Shown: positions 1 to 12,162 of the stretch, one piece after another | Layout of the letters: each line of letters begins with the position of its first letter | How positions within the stretch are numbered: position 1 is the stretch's first letter | Origin: Amphiscolops sp. MND2022 | Taxonomy: Eukaryota | DNA: 64,000 nt | NCBI GenBank assembly: GCA_964187785.1 | Contig: OZ076409.1 | Location: 96,226,001-96,290,000 of the forward strand | Direction of reading: 5' to 3' | Translations under genes and position numbers: made by a program | Notes under the pieces: generated by a model | The model's database searches: none | Told to the model about the DNA's origin: nothing | What the model saw: the letters and a program-made list of their open reading frames with translations, nothing else

Positions 1-656
1 CCATTCTGGGCAATTAAGTAGTTCGGTCCTGAGGAGGTCATTATTGATCCTTTTGGTTTGTATGCAGGTTTGACAATTAGTCACCCATTTTTTAATGTAT
101 TTTGCAACACACGGGTAGTAGTATTTCTGCCTCACCTCCTGTATCATCTTTGTGATACCTGGATGGTTTGAGTTGTGGCCATGTAAGGCTTGAAGTAGTT
201 CTTCTAGGAGTTGTGTTGGTAGCAAAATTTGATAATGCGAAGTGGTTCCAGTGTCTGTGTAGTATTTGCGAGTAAAAACCTCTTGCTTGATTTCAATTCT
301 GGTTATGTTTTGGAGGTAATGTTGGTATCTGTAGTCAGATGCCAAGTCGTTTTCATCGAAAGGGTTTCCTTCGATTTTAGCTCTGAGATTTCTAAGAACA
401 ATTTCATTGTTTTGTTCGAGTCTGATCCTGGCATTGTCTCGAAAATGTCCTTCAGAGCATGTGTTTAAGCCGGATGTTGGTTTGTGAAATTGTTAAAGTT
501 CAGTAACATTGTTTTCTGGGTCATTGCGAGTTTCAGTTTGAGCCTGATTTCTCACGTTTTGTTTTTCCTCCCAAAGTTTGTTTTCATCAAATTCATCATC
601 AGGGAGGATGTAAATTTGTTCTTCTTCTACGATACCTGAGGATTGTATATTGACTT

Positions 657-2894
657 CTATCGCTTTCGTTTGTATATCGTTCTTATGCTCATTTCGAGTT
701 TTTCGACTGGGTTGACTTCCGTTCTGGACAGGAAATCCGCCGCAGTGTTCATTGAACCAGCAACGTGGGCAATGACAAAATTGTATTGCAGGACATAATC
801 ACATGCATTCCAGAGTTCTGGAGGAATAAGTTTTGCTTGAAAAAAGCGGGTAACCGCTCTGTTGTCTGTGAACACTATAATGGGGAATGTGCTCCCCCAC
901 ATAAGGTGTCCAAATTCGACAAAAGCAAAGTAGATGGAAAGGAATTCTTTCGCATAGATCGATAATTTTGTTTGTGTTGGGTTGAATGTTTTCGAACCAA
1001 ATGCTATGGGTGCATAGGTTTTGCGTTTGGACTGGAGTTTTTGGTTGGGATCATCTTCTATCATGATAGCATATCCTGCTGCTGTGAAGCTTGCATCAGA
1101 CATTACTATGAGTTGTTTATCTTTAAGGGGTTGTCTCAATGCTAATTGGCATGAGTTTTCGAGAAGTTTGTTGAGGTTGGTGAAATCTTCGACCAAATTA
1201 GTGGGTATATAGAATTTGGAGGTTTCTTTAAGGAGTTTAAAGAATGGAGAGAGACGTTCAGAGAGTCTCGGGATGTAATTGCGGTAATAGTTTAGGAATC
1301 CTATATACCTTTGGAGTGCTTTTTTGGATTTAGGGAATCTCAATTTCGATAAGAAATCTTTGACTTTGTCAGCTTGAGGGGCCACGCCTTTGGGTGTAAT
1401 TGTTCGGCCTAGGAAGTCGACTTGTTTAACTCCGAAATGACATTTGGACATTGTGAGTTTTAAACCAGCATTTCGGATGCATTCAAAGACCGTCCTGATG
1501 TTGGCGCATAGTTGTTTTGAGTCATTTGCTGCTATACCAATGTCATCAACGTACTGTGCACATTGGTCGGCCTTGATCGCCTTGTCAAGGTACTCCCTCA
1601 TGAAGCTTGAGAAGGCTGAAAGAGATCTGCTAAGCCCTTGAGCGAGTCTGCGGTAAGCAAAAGTTCGGCTTGCGAAGTTGAAAGCAAGCATCTGGATAGA
1701 TTGGTAGTCTGCCATTTGGAGGCAGTGGTAAGCTTGGGAGCAGTCTAATTTGCAGAAAAGTTTCTTTCCTGCCATATGTTGTACTGCATCCGATAATGTG
1801 CTTACCGGGTAGTTATTGTTGATGTAGTCTTCGGTGATTAAGTTGTTGATTTTTCTAAGATCCACTAGTAGTCTGAGGCGTCCGTTCGGTTTGCGTTGTG
1901 CAAAAATTGGACCAGCGTATTTTGAGAAAGGTAGGGTTGTTATGATTCCATATTTGTGTAGAAGTGCTAGTTCTACCGTAATGTAATCTTTAAGGTTGAT
2001 TGGTGTTGGTAAACTTTGACTGTATGCTGGTCGGTCATCATTTGGTGTAAGCTTAACCTTAAATTCACGATTGGTGCCAATGTCGAATCGATGTCTGGCA
2101 AAAATGTCATGGAATTCAATGAGGATTTCTTCAATTTGTTTCTGTTCTTCTGGGTTGAGCGTTGTGTCTGTCCAGTCGAAATTCGAAAGGAAAGTTTTCC
2201 TGGATTTTTCATTTTCTTGTGGGTTGAGTTGTTCGAGTTCTTTAAGCTCACGGAGTTCATTGTAGATTCGTTGTTGGATTGGGGTATAGGTTGTAGGGTT
2301 TCCTGGATCTTCTGGTGTTGGGAACCAATAAGACTCTTGTTCGGGGTTTTGTGAAGGAACTTTCAGTAATTCATTTATGTAGATTTCGGTGGTTTCTTCA
2401 TGCTGTATCATGAATGACAACATCGCTGGATCTACAGGTTGTATATGTTTGATTTGTTCTGGTGTGAGTATTTTGAAGTCTGCTAAATGGGTGTCGCAAA
2501 CTATTGTATATGGAAGTTCTGAGAAGTTGACTATTTGGTACCCGATAGCATTATTGTTAACCGTACTAAGTGACGATGTGATGGAAATGCTGTCGTGGCT
2601 TTCGAATTGTGGTGAAGGTGTGACTATTCCTGTTGCATCATGGTCTAACAGGTGGGGCATTCTGCTTGCTATGGCGAGGGTTTCACCTGGTTGTAGTGTG
2701 TATGTATTTTCAGCAAATAAAGGCGTTGCTTGACGCATTGTTACCTGCGTATCTGGTTTTAGTTGCATTGAGAGGTATGGGAAAGTTAGGATGCCTTGTG
2801 TGACATCAAAAACTGCATTGTTTCTGCGGAGAAAGCAGAGACCAATGAGTGGGTTTGGTAGGGTTTTCATGATAATGAAATTTTCTCGTAACAT
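657..2894 (-). pseudogene. pol: Pol (protease C-terminal remnant, RT, RNase H), frameshifted before integrase
   Basis: YVDD catalytic motif and RNase H motifs. Frameshift near 681 and in-frame TAA at 493-495 in the integrase frame. Confidence 0.9.
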
Positions 2895-4250
2895 GAAATC
2901 AGCCTTGAAATCGGTTTGTCAGTCTTTTGTTCTTTTTTGGTGACGGTCATTTGGGTCTTGACCGACGGTTCGTCTGCCTCCAAACCGTTTAGTTCCATCT
3001 CTCTCTCGAGATGTTTTACGATCTGTTCGTAACTCCCATTCTCAAGATAGGCTTCATTGATGGATTTTTTAAGGTGAGGGGGCATCTTTGCATAGAGTAA
3101 ATTCTCTATCATCTGATGTGCATTGTCTCCAAACGCTTTTTCAGCACTTTCTTGGAGCTCTTCGAGGAAGTCTGGTAGTTTTTGGTTTTCGGGGTCAAAG
3201 AAAAGTCTGTTAAATCGGTGCGTTGCCGAAGCACTGGATTCTGGTTTTACATATTTTCTACGGAAGACCTTCAAGATGTCCTCTAGGGTTGTGGTTGGAG
3301 TTCTTTGTATGTTTTTGAAGGTTTTCAAGGCTAAACCCCTAAGGTGAGCGTGGAAGTGATTAATTTTCATTTCCTCGGTTAGATTTGGCTGCATACGAAG
3401 CGTAGTGTGGAACAAGTTTTCGAAGTATTCGATTTTCTCATTTTTCTCATTTTTTCCATTGAAAGTCAATGTGTTTTTTGGATGAAACAGTGATTGTGGT
3501 GCATTTTTGTTTGCTAGTTTCTCTATTGCTTGGGCAATTTGGTTTACTGGGTCAGAAGGTGTTTTTATGGCTGTTGATGTTTGTCGATCTGCGCGGGATC
3601 CGATGGTATCGTTTAAGGGTTGGGAGTTTTGTGAACTTTGTCTATGGAGATGTTTGTTAGCTCCTGTCACCATGTGATAATCCTCCACTTCCTCTGCATC
3701 GGACTCTTCGTCCGAATGTATAGTTACATCTACATCAGATTCGCATCTGAACAATGGTTTAGCAGGATGTTTCAGGTCTCCCATTTTAGAAGCTTGTAGA
3801 GGATAATCGTCGTTTTCTGAGTCTGAGTTATAGATGTGAGATGCGTTTACTCCAATAGACCTATTAGTTTTGGATCCCGAAGGCTGTATGTTTTGTATAT
3901 CATCCATTTCAGATCTTGGGTTTGTTACTGTTGATACACTTTTATTAGATTTTATCTCCTTCAGGATTGCATCTAGTTTGTTCTCCATTTCTTCTCTCAT
4001 TTTTGTTATTCTATCAATGTTCTTTTGTTCAAAATTCTCAGTCCACGCTTGTATTTCATTGCTTAATTGGCTAGGTTCAAATAATTGGTTCCTAAGTTCG
4101 TCATTGTCAAGGTTTCCATGGGTATTAGATTCGGCATTTGTCAAAGTAATATTACCTTGGGTTGATGTTTCTACCTGTGTTTCATTGAGTTCTCTTTCTG
4201 GAGACGGGGTCTCCAATCTCCTGGACCTTCTACTTCTTTTGTTCCCCATC
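2867..4250 (-). CDS. gag: Retrotransposon gag-like protein, C-terminally truncated
   Basis: ~460-aa ORF immediately upstream of pol, with capsid-like segment (TFNGKNEK..FENLF..KINHFHAHLRGLA). No CCHC knuckle before it ends. Confidence 0.75.
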
Positions 4251-6689
4251 TTTCTCAAAGGAAAACGATATTTTGGCTGTTGGGGAAGAATTTGAATTTA
4301 TTCAAAAGAATTATCTAAAGACAATTCGGGAGATAAAACAATGTTAGTCAAAAGACTGCTTTCAAAAGACCAGGTTGAAAAGTGAGCAACTGCTTGATGG
4401 GAGAGATAAATTCGAATGCATGGTCCCTTCAGTTTTCCAAAAAATACAAAAAGGATGACAATCACATTTACATGTATCATTATTTAAAGAGCTAAAAACA
4501 GTATAACGCCAAAATCATATCATTCTATTTATATCCTTTAAATCACACTACAATGACACCCTAAATATTATCAAGGGACCGTGAAAATCCTAGGAAAACA
4601 AGGCTAGACGCTGTATAATACGTTTCAAGTATCATTAGATGAATTAAACGCTACATGACTTCAAAATGATGAGAGTACAGCTAAAAATGCATAATGACGT
4701 ATATGCGGTATTCCCTGTACTGCAGGATAGCGTATACAACATGTAAGCATCAACATTCAATAACGCACAATAGCACATACACTCCATAATCCATATTGCA
4801 CAATTCGTTCATACTTTCACTGCGAAAACCGCATGTTGACGTACATACGATAACATTAGAACTGCTCAACAGTGTATAATTGCATTGTAAAAACGCATAT
4901 TGCCGCATATGCAGTTTATCCAAAAACGTATATTGTCTTGTAGTTAAAGACGTACAATGCCGCATATGCGTGAGTCCAGTTTACGTATGATGACGCATAA
5001 AAAATATTCTAAAAATGACTTTTGACGCTTATACGTCACAACATTTACGGCATATTGACGCATAATAAGCACGGAATTCATAGCATAGAGAGTTTTACAC
5101 TAATATTTGTAATGAACCATGTATTTTAGCGCCTTCTTACATGAATTATCTTTCAATAACAGCTCAGGAAAATCTCACAATGATCCAAATATACAAAATA
5201 TACCTAGAATTTACATGACTTGATAAAAATGAAGAGAAAAGAAACAAAAATATCAGTATTTAGAATGTTTGTCGAAGTCGTTGGTTATCTTTTACTGATG
5301 CACTCCGGACCCATCGCATCTTTGGGGCTGCGACAGCTTCTTTAACCAAACAACGTCATTTTCTCTTTAAATCCATTTCTGTGGAATGCCATGTCCAAGA
5401 AAACACCTTATATTGGACAGAATGTAGATCAAAGGAATCAACCATGAAAGTTATCACATGTTTAGAATAATTCCGTGCAAATTTTCGAAGAAACAACTGA
5501 AAGTTTCTTCACAAAAGTATGCTTAGCAGTCAAACGTAATTTGCTCTTCATGTTTAAAGAAATTCATGAGAAAAAGCTGAAAACTGTCGAAACTTGGTAT
5601 TTTTTCGGGAGTTTTCTCTCTTTAAAATATTCTGTAGGTTTTTTGATTGGAAGTAGGTTACTAAAAAACTCTAAAATGCAATAAAACGTTCAAAAATATT
5701 TTGCGTTTTCGGTGATTTTGTTGTCTTTTCGCGTTATTTTTTCATCATCGAACTTGCTGTTCTTCTTCAAAAAACGTAGTGAATAGCCAGCTTATGTTGA
5801 ACTCGATTTTTATGCGAACATGCAAACAATTGTGAATATTTTCTAAGAAAGAAAGTTGTGGTTATTTTAGGCTTTTTGAGAGGACGCTTCTAGAGAAAAA
5901 TTACTACTACAAGACGTACTGAACAGCCAATCGAATTGGTGCTGTTTTTGTTGAATATTAAAAACCTTAGCAAACTACCGAAAACTGTCAGAAGTTGCAT
6001 AAAAAGGCGGAACAGATTGGATTTTTGGCTGTTTCGGGGCCACCTTGGTGTCTTTTTGTGGCATTGCTTTCTTCAAGTAATTTTTCCAAAGAAATTCGCT
6101 CATCTCTACAAATACATAAAATCTCCAGGAAAATAAAACTGTAAACTGTTAGTTATAAACAACATTCACCTTCACAAAAAGCTTGGTGTAACCAATTTTG
6201 TCATAGCCTTTAGGCACCTAATGAAAAAAATGTGTTTTGTGTAAGCAAAGTCCAAAATACCTTGAAGGCTTTCCGTTTAAAAGTTTTTGGTGTTGCGATT
6301 TTCATAATGTTTGGATGTTTTAGAATATTTGCAAAGCGTCTCAATGCTTCAGAGAGGGCATCTGGGCTTTTGTAACTTTTGATGATTTTCTCACGTGACG
6401 TCTTTGGCTCTATAACACCATATATAGGTGAGGTAGACTTCAGTCATGCCTCTATTTTTTTTTGCTTTTTTGTTAGTTATTTCAATGTGATATCTTCTTG
6501 AATTGCTTGTCACTGAAAAAAATGAGTTGTTCATACCGAAAAAGCGCTTCTATCAGCGTGCCTACCATAGTAAGTGGCAATCAAATTTTTTGATTATTTT
6601 ATCGTATGTCATTGAAGACAACCATAAAATAGTCTACCACTCCCTGTAAACTGGGAGTGGCGAAACAGCCTTTTATTGGTCTATTCCAA

Positions 6690-7060
6690 AATAGGCTCCT
6701 CCGGGGCACATTATTATTTCTGCATTAATCTTTCATTAATATTAGAATCATATCTGGAAAACCACTACACTCCTGTTTAATCATTATTTAGCGCACAATT
6801 AATTACTGTACCAGTTTATACCGCCTTCAAATCTCGGACTAAAGCAAATATAACTACTGAGCGTAGACCAAGTTTCGCATTCGCATTTGAATGCAGGCGA
6901 AGCTTTCAACGAACAAATAATTAACACTCATTCGCTTCATCTCAACAACGTCAGCGTACGAATGCATAATTACCACTCACTCATTTCATCGCACGAGAAT
7001 TGAAATGTCGTCGGTAGCTTGAGAAATTTAATTCTCACGCTTATAGTCACTGCCGAACAA
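6690..7060. repeat. Interspersed repeat, inverted copy at ~51000-51345
   Basis: CTCCGGGGC...GAATCATATCTGGAA...ACACTCCTGTTTAATCATTA...TTCGCATTCGCATTTGAATGCAGGCGAAGC matches the reverse complement of ~51000-51345. Confidence 0.8.
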
Positions 7061-7073
7061 AATATCTGAAGTA

Positions 7074-7235
7074 CAGTAAACCCTCGATTATCCGCCACCT
7101 TTGGTCAACCGCCACAGATCTACGGGGACATTTTGCTATAACACTTGGTCTAAGCTCCATTGATTAACCGCCACTCTCACTTATCCGCCATAATTCGCGC
7201 TGCACCGATGGTGGCGGATAATCGAGGGTTTACTG
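7074..7235. mobile_element. Tc1/mariner-pogo-type MITE
   Basis: Perfect TIR CAGTAAACCCTCGATTATCCGCCACC flanked by TA. Second copy in opposite orientation at 55591-55753. Confidence 0.9.
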
Positions 7236-8328
7236 TACTCAGTATCATGTGAAGAATTTTACTGAGAAAAATGTTCACATTTTGAGGTTTCAATAATATT
7301 CCTGCTATAGCCTTGACACCGTATTTTAATAATTATATGTAGCTTTTCCTGAAAATACTTACTTGAAAAATGAACTCAAAAATAATGAATTCCTTCAAAA
7401 TAATTTTACAGAGTACAATTGGAGTTCGCATTTTGTGATTAATTGGCTATGTAAATTCGTAAAGAGGTCGTTTTCAGAAAAAGGTGTAAGACAAAACTTA
7501 GCGATCACAGCCAAACGTAAAGTTTGTGGGATACATTTTTTGTTCGAGATATTGCAAAAAAATTACAGAAAATTCTAAGTCAAAAAAAGTCAATGTTATA
7601 CCTTTTGTTTGATTTCGAAAAATACCCGTAACTCTGATCAACGTTGAGAAAATTTCCTTCTGAGACTTTTTGTCAATTCAATAGTTTATTTTTTTGCGAC
7701 TTTTAAGTTTTTGTCAGCCAAATCATGTCTAGCTTTTTGGTACCCTAGGGTATCTTTCTGAAAAAGTCAAACCTCAAATAAAATTCAGTTGAAAAATGCT
7801 GGAGTTTCGCGGTCCCTAGTAATTTCGTCAAATCACAAATGTCTAACAAATTTTATTATCCGACCCCACAGCAATGGAATACGGCGGAAGACATATGCCG
7901 AAAAATGCCGAGACTTTTCACAAATTGAGAATTGCTAAAAAGCTAGGGAAGCCTGAAAAACAAGAAACGAAAGGATATATCAACTGATTTGAGACCATTA
8001 TTTTACATTATGAGATCAATATACAAAGGTTTTTAGCCAATTTCTACATGGTACCGGCAATGTATCAGTTTATGTCACTTCTGTTCAATTTGAAATTAAC
8101 ACCATTGCTTTTGTGCAATTTTGGCCGATGCTCCTTCGCTCAATACCAATCTAGTTCTTTCGGATGCCAGCTCAGTGCCATAAATGGCAGGTATCAGTCG
8201 TAGGCAGTTGACACCCAAGTAAACTCGAACCTAATGCTTTCAACGAAACTTTCTCGAGATCATTCGGACATAAACCAAATTTGATTTTTTTTCTTTTCTC
8301 ACTTTTTCTTACTTAAATTGCAAAAGTA

Positions 8329-8820
8329 ACAAGTCGGGAACGTCTAAAGTCGGCGCTATATCAGGCTCAAAAAGCGCAAAAGACTTTTTTTTTGAAAAAA
8401 ACTTGAAATTTTTTGATTTTTTTCTTTCAGAAAATGTCGCATAGTGCCGAAAAATGTAAAAGGGGGAGCCTTTGGGCTTTATTAACATATATTCTGTTGC
8501 AAAATATCAAAAAACTCGAAAGGGGGACTCTGAGACATTAAAAAAATTTCGAAAAAAGTCGCACAATGCCGAAAAAAATCGAAAGGGGGGACCCTTTAGT
8601 CTCGTCCGGTTTTGTAGGTTACGTTAACAAAGTAAAAAATGAAAGGGGGGACCCTTTTGCACTAATTTCCGCTGACCGGACTTGGCCTTATGGTAGTAGT
8701 TTTAGTAGTTTCGATTGTAAGAAAAGTGGCCCAATCAGAGTGAGATTGTAGTCTGACGAAAAAAAAACTAGCCACTGTAAGAGTCGGGCACTTTTCACTA
8801 GAAAAGCGACGACTAAAAAC
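8329..8820 (+). mobile_element. Helentron/DINE-1-like non-autonomous repeat (copy)
   Basis: Starts ACAAG..GGAACG..AAGTCGGCGCTATATC..GGCTCAAAAA, internal GCCGAAAAA/AAAGGGGGACCC tandem units, ends AAGCG(C/A)CGACTAAAAA. Class inferred from the structure. Confidence 0.6.
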
Positions 8821-9539
8821 AGGACCGTGCGTAAAAAAACCACTAATTAGTTTCGTTGATTAGCTTGTATGTGCCCTCAGTGCAGAGGGGGCGTGTCGGT
8901 AAAGAACCGATGAAAAAAATTAAAAGGTAGAAGAGATCAGGTGTCAAAACGCTGCAAGCTGCAGAGCCTCCTTACAGTGTCAGTAACGGTCCCATAAAAT
9001 GATGAACCAAATTTGATTTAAAAATTCCCATTTACACCCTGTAATTTACATTCTTCAGTACAAAAAAAAACAAGTGAGGAAAATTGTATTAATAAATTTG
9101 AAGGAAAATCACAAAGATATCGTACGTAATAAACTTTATATATTATTGGCTCGACAATCGAATAATTCGTAATTGATACTCTGGGAGAAACAGCAAATGG
9201 GCGTTGCAACTTATGTATATAAGTAATAATATAAAGTAATGAACGAAACAGATAGTACAAGAAAGAACATTTACAGCATTATGAAATTATAGAAGTGAAT
9301 GAAATTTGAAGCAGTTTCCAGTTGATTTCCAGGGACAAGCGAGAACAGCACGCAGGATAAACCCACGACAGGGAAAGGCAAAATAAAGTCATCTGAGGAT
9401 TTTCTCTCATTCCAGGCAATGGGCCAAGAAGCGATCAAAAATTTTACTCACAAATTGCTAAGTTTTTTCGATCTTTCAAAAGTTTGAAGTGACTCAATCT
9501 TCGATACACAAAAAATGAGAACATCATTGCCCGTAAGCC

Positions 9540-9719
9540 AGAGTTTTGACACCACTAATTAGTGGCTGCACAGAAATTTTTCAGCCATTTCATTAGCGAT
9601 TCAAATTTTGAAAGATATTTGAAGTCAAACGTTTAATAGATTGCAGAAACCGCTTTTCAGCGAAATAGCGATTTGGTAATTAGCTGTTTAGCGAAAAAAT
9701 TAGCGATGTCAAAACCCTG
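9540..9719. mobile_element. hAT-like MITE (related copy ~11747-12091)
   Basis: TIR CAGAGTTTTGACA / TGTCAAAACCCTG. Shared TTAGCG-rich body with 11747-12091. Confidence 0.6.
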
Positions 9720-10419
9720 CCATGAACAAAACACGGGCTAAATTTTAGCAAGTAATAAACGAAGCGGTTCCAGATAGTTATTTAAGCAGCGACAAAACTG
9801 GGGGTAGAGGACAAGACCCAAATTTTAAATAATATAGATAGGTACTCTGGTGTCCTAATTCGATGAGGGTTGCCACATAACTTTTGACTGTCAAAATAAC
9901 CGATCCCTTCTCATCAGAACCACACCCCCCCCTAATCATTTCTAATCTCCATTAGTGATGTCGTGAATCTACAGCCCCAAACCGCATTTCATCTCAAAGT
10001 ATTAAAACCAGTTTTAACGCAGAAAAAACGAATTTAATTAGGAATCGGTATAAAAATACATCAATACAACACGGTAATATCCATAGGATCAAATAAAAAA
10101 TACATACGTTAATGAAACGCGTTAAAATGGGAGACATCTGCCTGGATCCTATCCGGAAACGGTATTTCCAAAAAAATCGTTCCATTGGGGTGTCACTGAG
10201 GAACTGCCCCTTCCTCGAGGGTTTTGAGATCTTACTCAGAAAGTTTTTTTCGGTATTTTCTGCTTGCTGATTCATAATGAGATCTCCAAGAAAGTTTACC
10301 CTCCCAGGCAGATGCCTCAACTAATTTTTTTTAAAGTCGGTGCATTAGTTGTTTCAGGTCAGTCTTCCCTCCTCAATGATGGCACCAATGGCGGAATCAA
10401 CAAATTGGTTATGACCTAT

Positions 10420-11720
10420 TTTTGTCGACCTGCAACCTCTTATACAGAGTATCGAGCTTCGGAGCAGTGCAAGGCCGTTTTTGAGACTCATGGAATGTAT
10501 AGGCATCGAGAATTGACTTCGGGCAGCTCTACCAAGGGGCTAAAGATCTTCACATCAAAGTAGGTTTTGCTGAAGCGAGTCTCCCAAAGTCCATTTGCTT
10601 TTATGTCCAGTCTAGTTTCCTCTTCAGTGGTCGTAGTTCGATGATCAAAGGACTCGCCTTGTAACGATTGAAGATGAGGTTCGATTTCGACATCGTAGCA
10701 GACTTCGTTCAGCAAAAGTATCTCGGGTGGCATCGTGTCTCATATGTGCATAACCTCCTTTGGGGCAATGAAGGGCGTGCGAAATTGCAAACATTTGATC
10801 ACAGGGGCAGGTGGCTGATAGATGTCTGTGTTCCCAGCCATATCTGAGAGCAATACCGTCGTGAAATTCCGACTTAGTCAAACTGAAGTGATACGATTTG
10901 ATTCGTAGGGTAATCAACCAACATTATGAACCATTTTCCGCTGCAAGATCGAGAGAATAGAGCTCCTCGGAATTCAAATCGACACGTGCTGCGGACTCTT
11001 TGGCTTTAGCAATTTGCTGTTTCTCTTTTTTCAGCGCGGCGGCCAAAGCGAACTGCCTGTTTTCCGCAACGATCGGACCATTATCGGATAGATAATCAGA
11101 CATTGCCTTTGATCTTTCGTATTCATGAGCGCTATCCTCAGGGAGCGTGATTTTCAATCCTACTGTACGCACTGGCAGAGATATTTTGCTGAATTTTGTC
11201 AAGTTGGTCTCAGTATCAAGTAGGTTTGGTAGTAGCTCTTTTCTGATCATATTTTCAGATTTTTCCAATATGCTTTCACTTTATGGTGTTGTTCTACAGA
11301 TGAAATTCAACTTTTGTTGTACTGATGTGGTAAGGCATTTGTAAACATTTTGAGGGGATATTGTGGCGTGCTTTGCTAGTTTTCCCATGTGTTTGGATTT
11401 TTCATTAGGAAATTTCTCGCATGAGGCACTTGAGCCGATGACTGATCCTAACACTCTATGATAAGCGATCACTTCGACGTCAAGGTCTTTGAATTTTTCG
11501 ATTACTATTGGTATATACTCAGATTTGGTGATCAGATGGCATTTTGTGACATGATATCCAAAAAATGGCCCATGAGGTTTTAGCTGCTTGAGTGTTTCAA
11601 CTAGATCGTCTATTTTCCAAACGGCGTTACCATCATAGGCGTACTATTTTTGGACTATATTTGAGTTTGAAACCAAATTAATCAATGACAGTAGACCGAC
11701 TCCATACATGGCCATTGCTA
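10420..11720 (-). mobile_element. Decayed CRE-like (RLE-type) non-LTR retrotransposon fragment, family A
   Basis: Broken frames: MAMYG..YAYDG (degenerate YADDG), EFHDGIALRYGW, CPC..HALHCPKGG..RHD, RLDIKANGLW..FDVKIF (RLE). Homologous to 33067-35650. Confidence 0.8.
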
Positions 11721-12162
11721 TTATGAAACCATTGCTGTTCTGAAACCAGTTTTAACACCGCTAATTAGCGAATTAGCAGCCGCACAGAAAATTTTTAGCG
11801 ATATCAATAGCGGCTCAAATTAGCGAAATGTCCAACATCAAATTTTTCTCAGAGTGTAGACAGGGTTTCAGAATGAAATTAGAAAAATTCCAACTCTTAC
11901 CTTTGAAAAACACACGGAGTCTAAAAATTTCCAGCCATTTTTTTTGCAAGAACTAAATTAACTAAATCATTCAATTTTTGAAAAAAACCTGAAGTCAAAT
12001 AAATACTCCATAATTTGGAGAAAAAAATTTTCAGCGAAATAGCGAATTTAAATTAGCGGTTTAGCGAAAAATTAATGATGTTAAAACCCTGAATAAAACA
12101 GGCCCTCCTTGGAGTTAGAACCCCCCCCAGGCAAATAGGGACACCAAAAAGTAGGAGTGAAT

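Larger units (their letters stand above)
1..4258 (-). mobile_element. Defective Ty3/gypsy LTR retrotransposon internal region (gag, partial protease, RT, RNase H, integrase N-terminus); runs off the window start
   Basis: ORF 2867-4258 is gag-like. ORF 657-2894 has RT motifs (LLVDLRKIN, KLDCSQAYH, QGL, YVDDI) and RNase H (SDAS, YAKEF, TDN, ADFLSR). After a frameshift near 681 the - strand encodes an integrase HHCC finger (LHGHNSNHPG...CQTC). RT-RH-IN order is gypsy-type. LTR boundaries not resolved. Confidence 0.93.
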
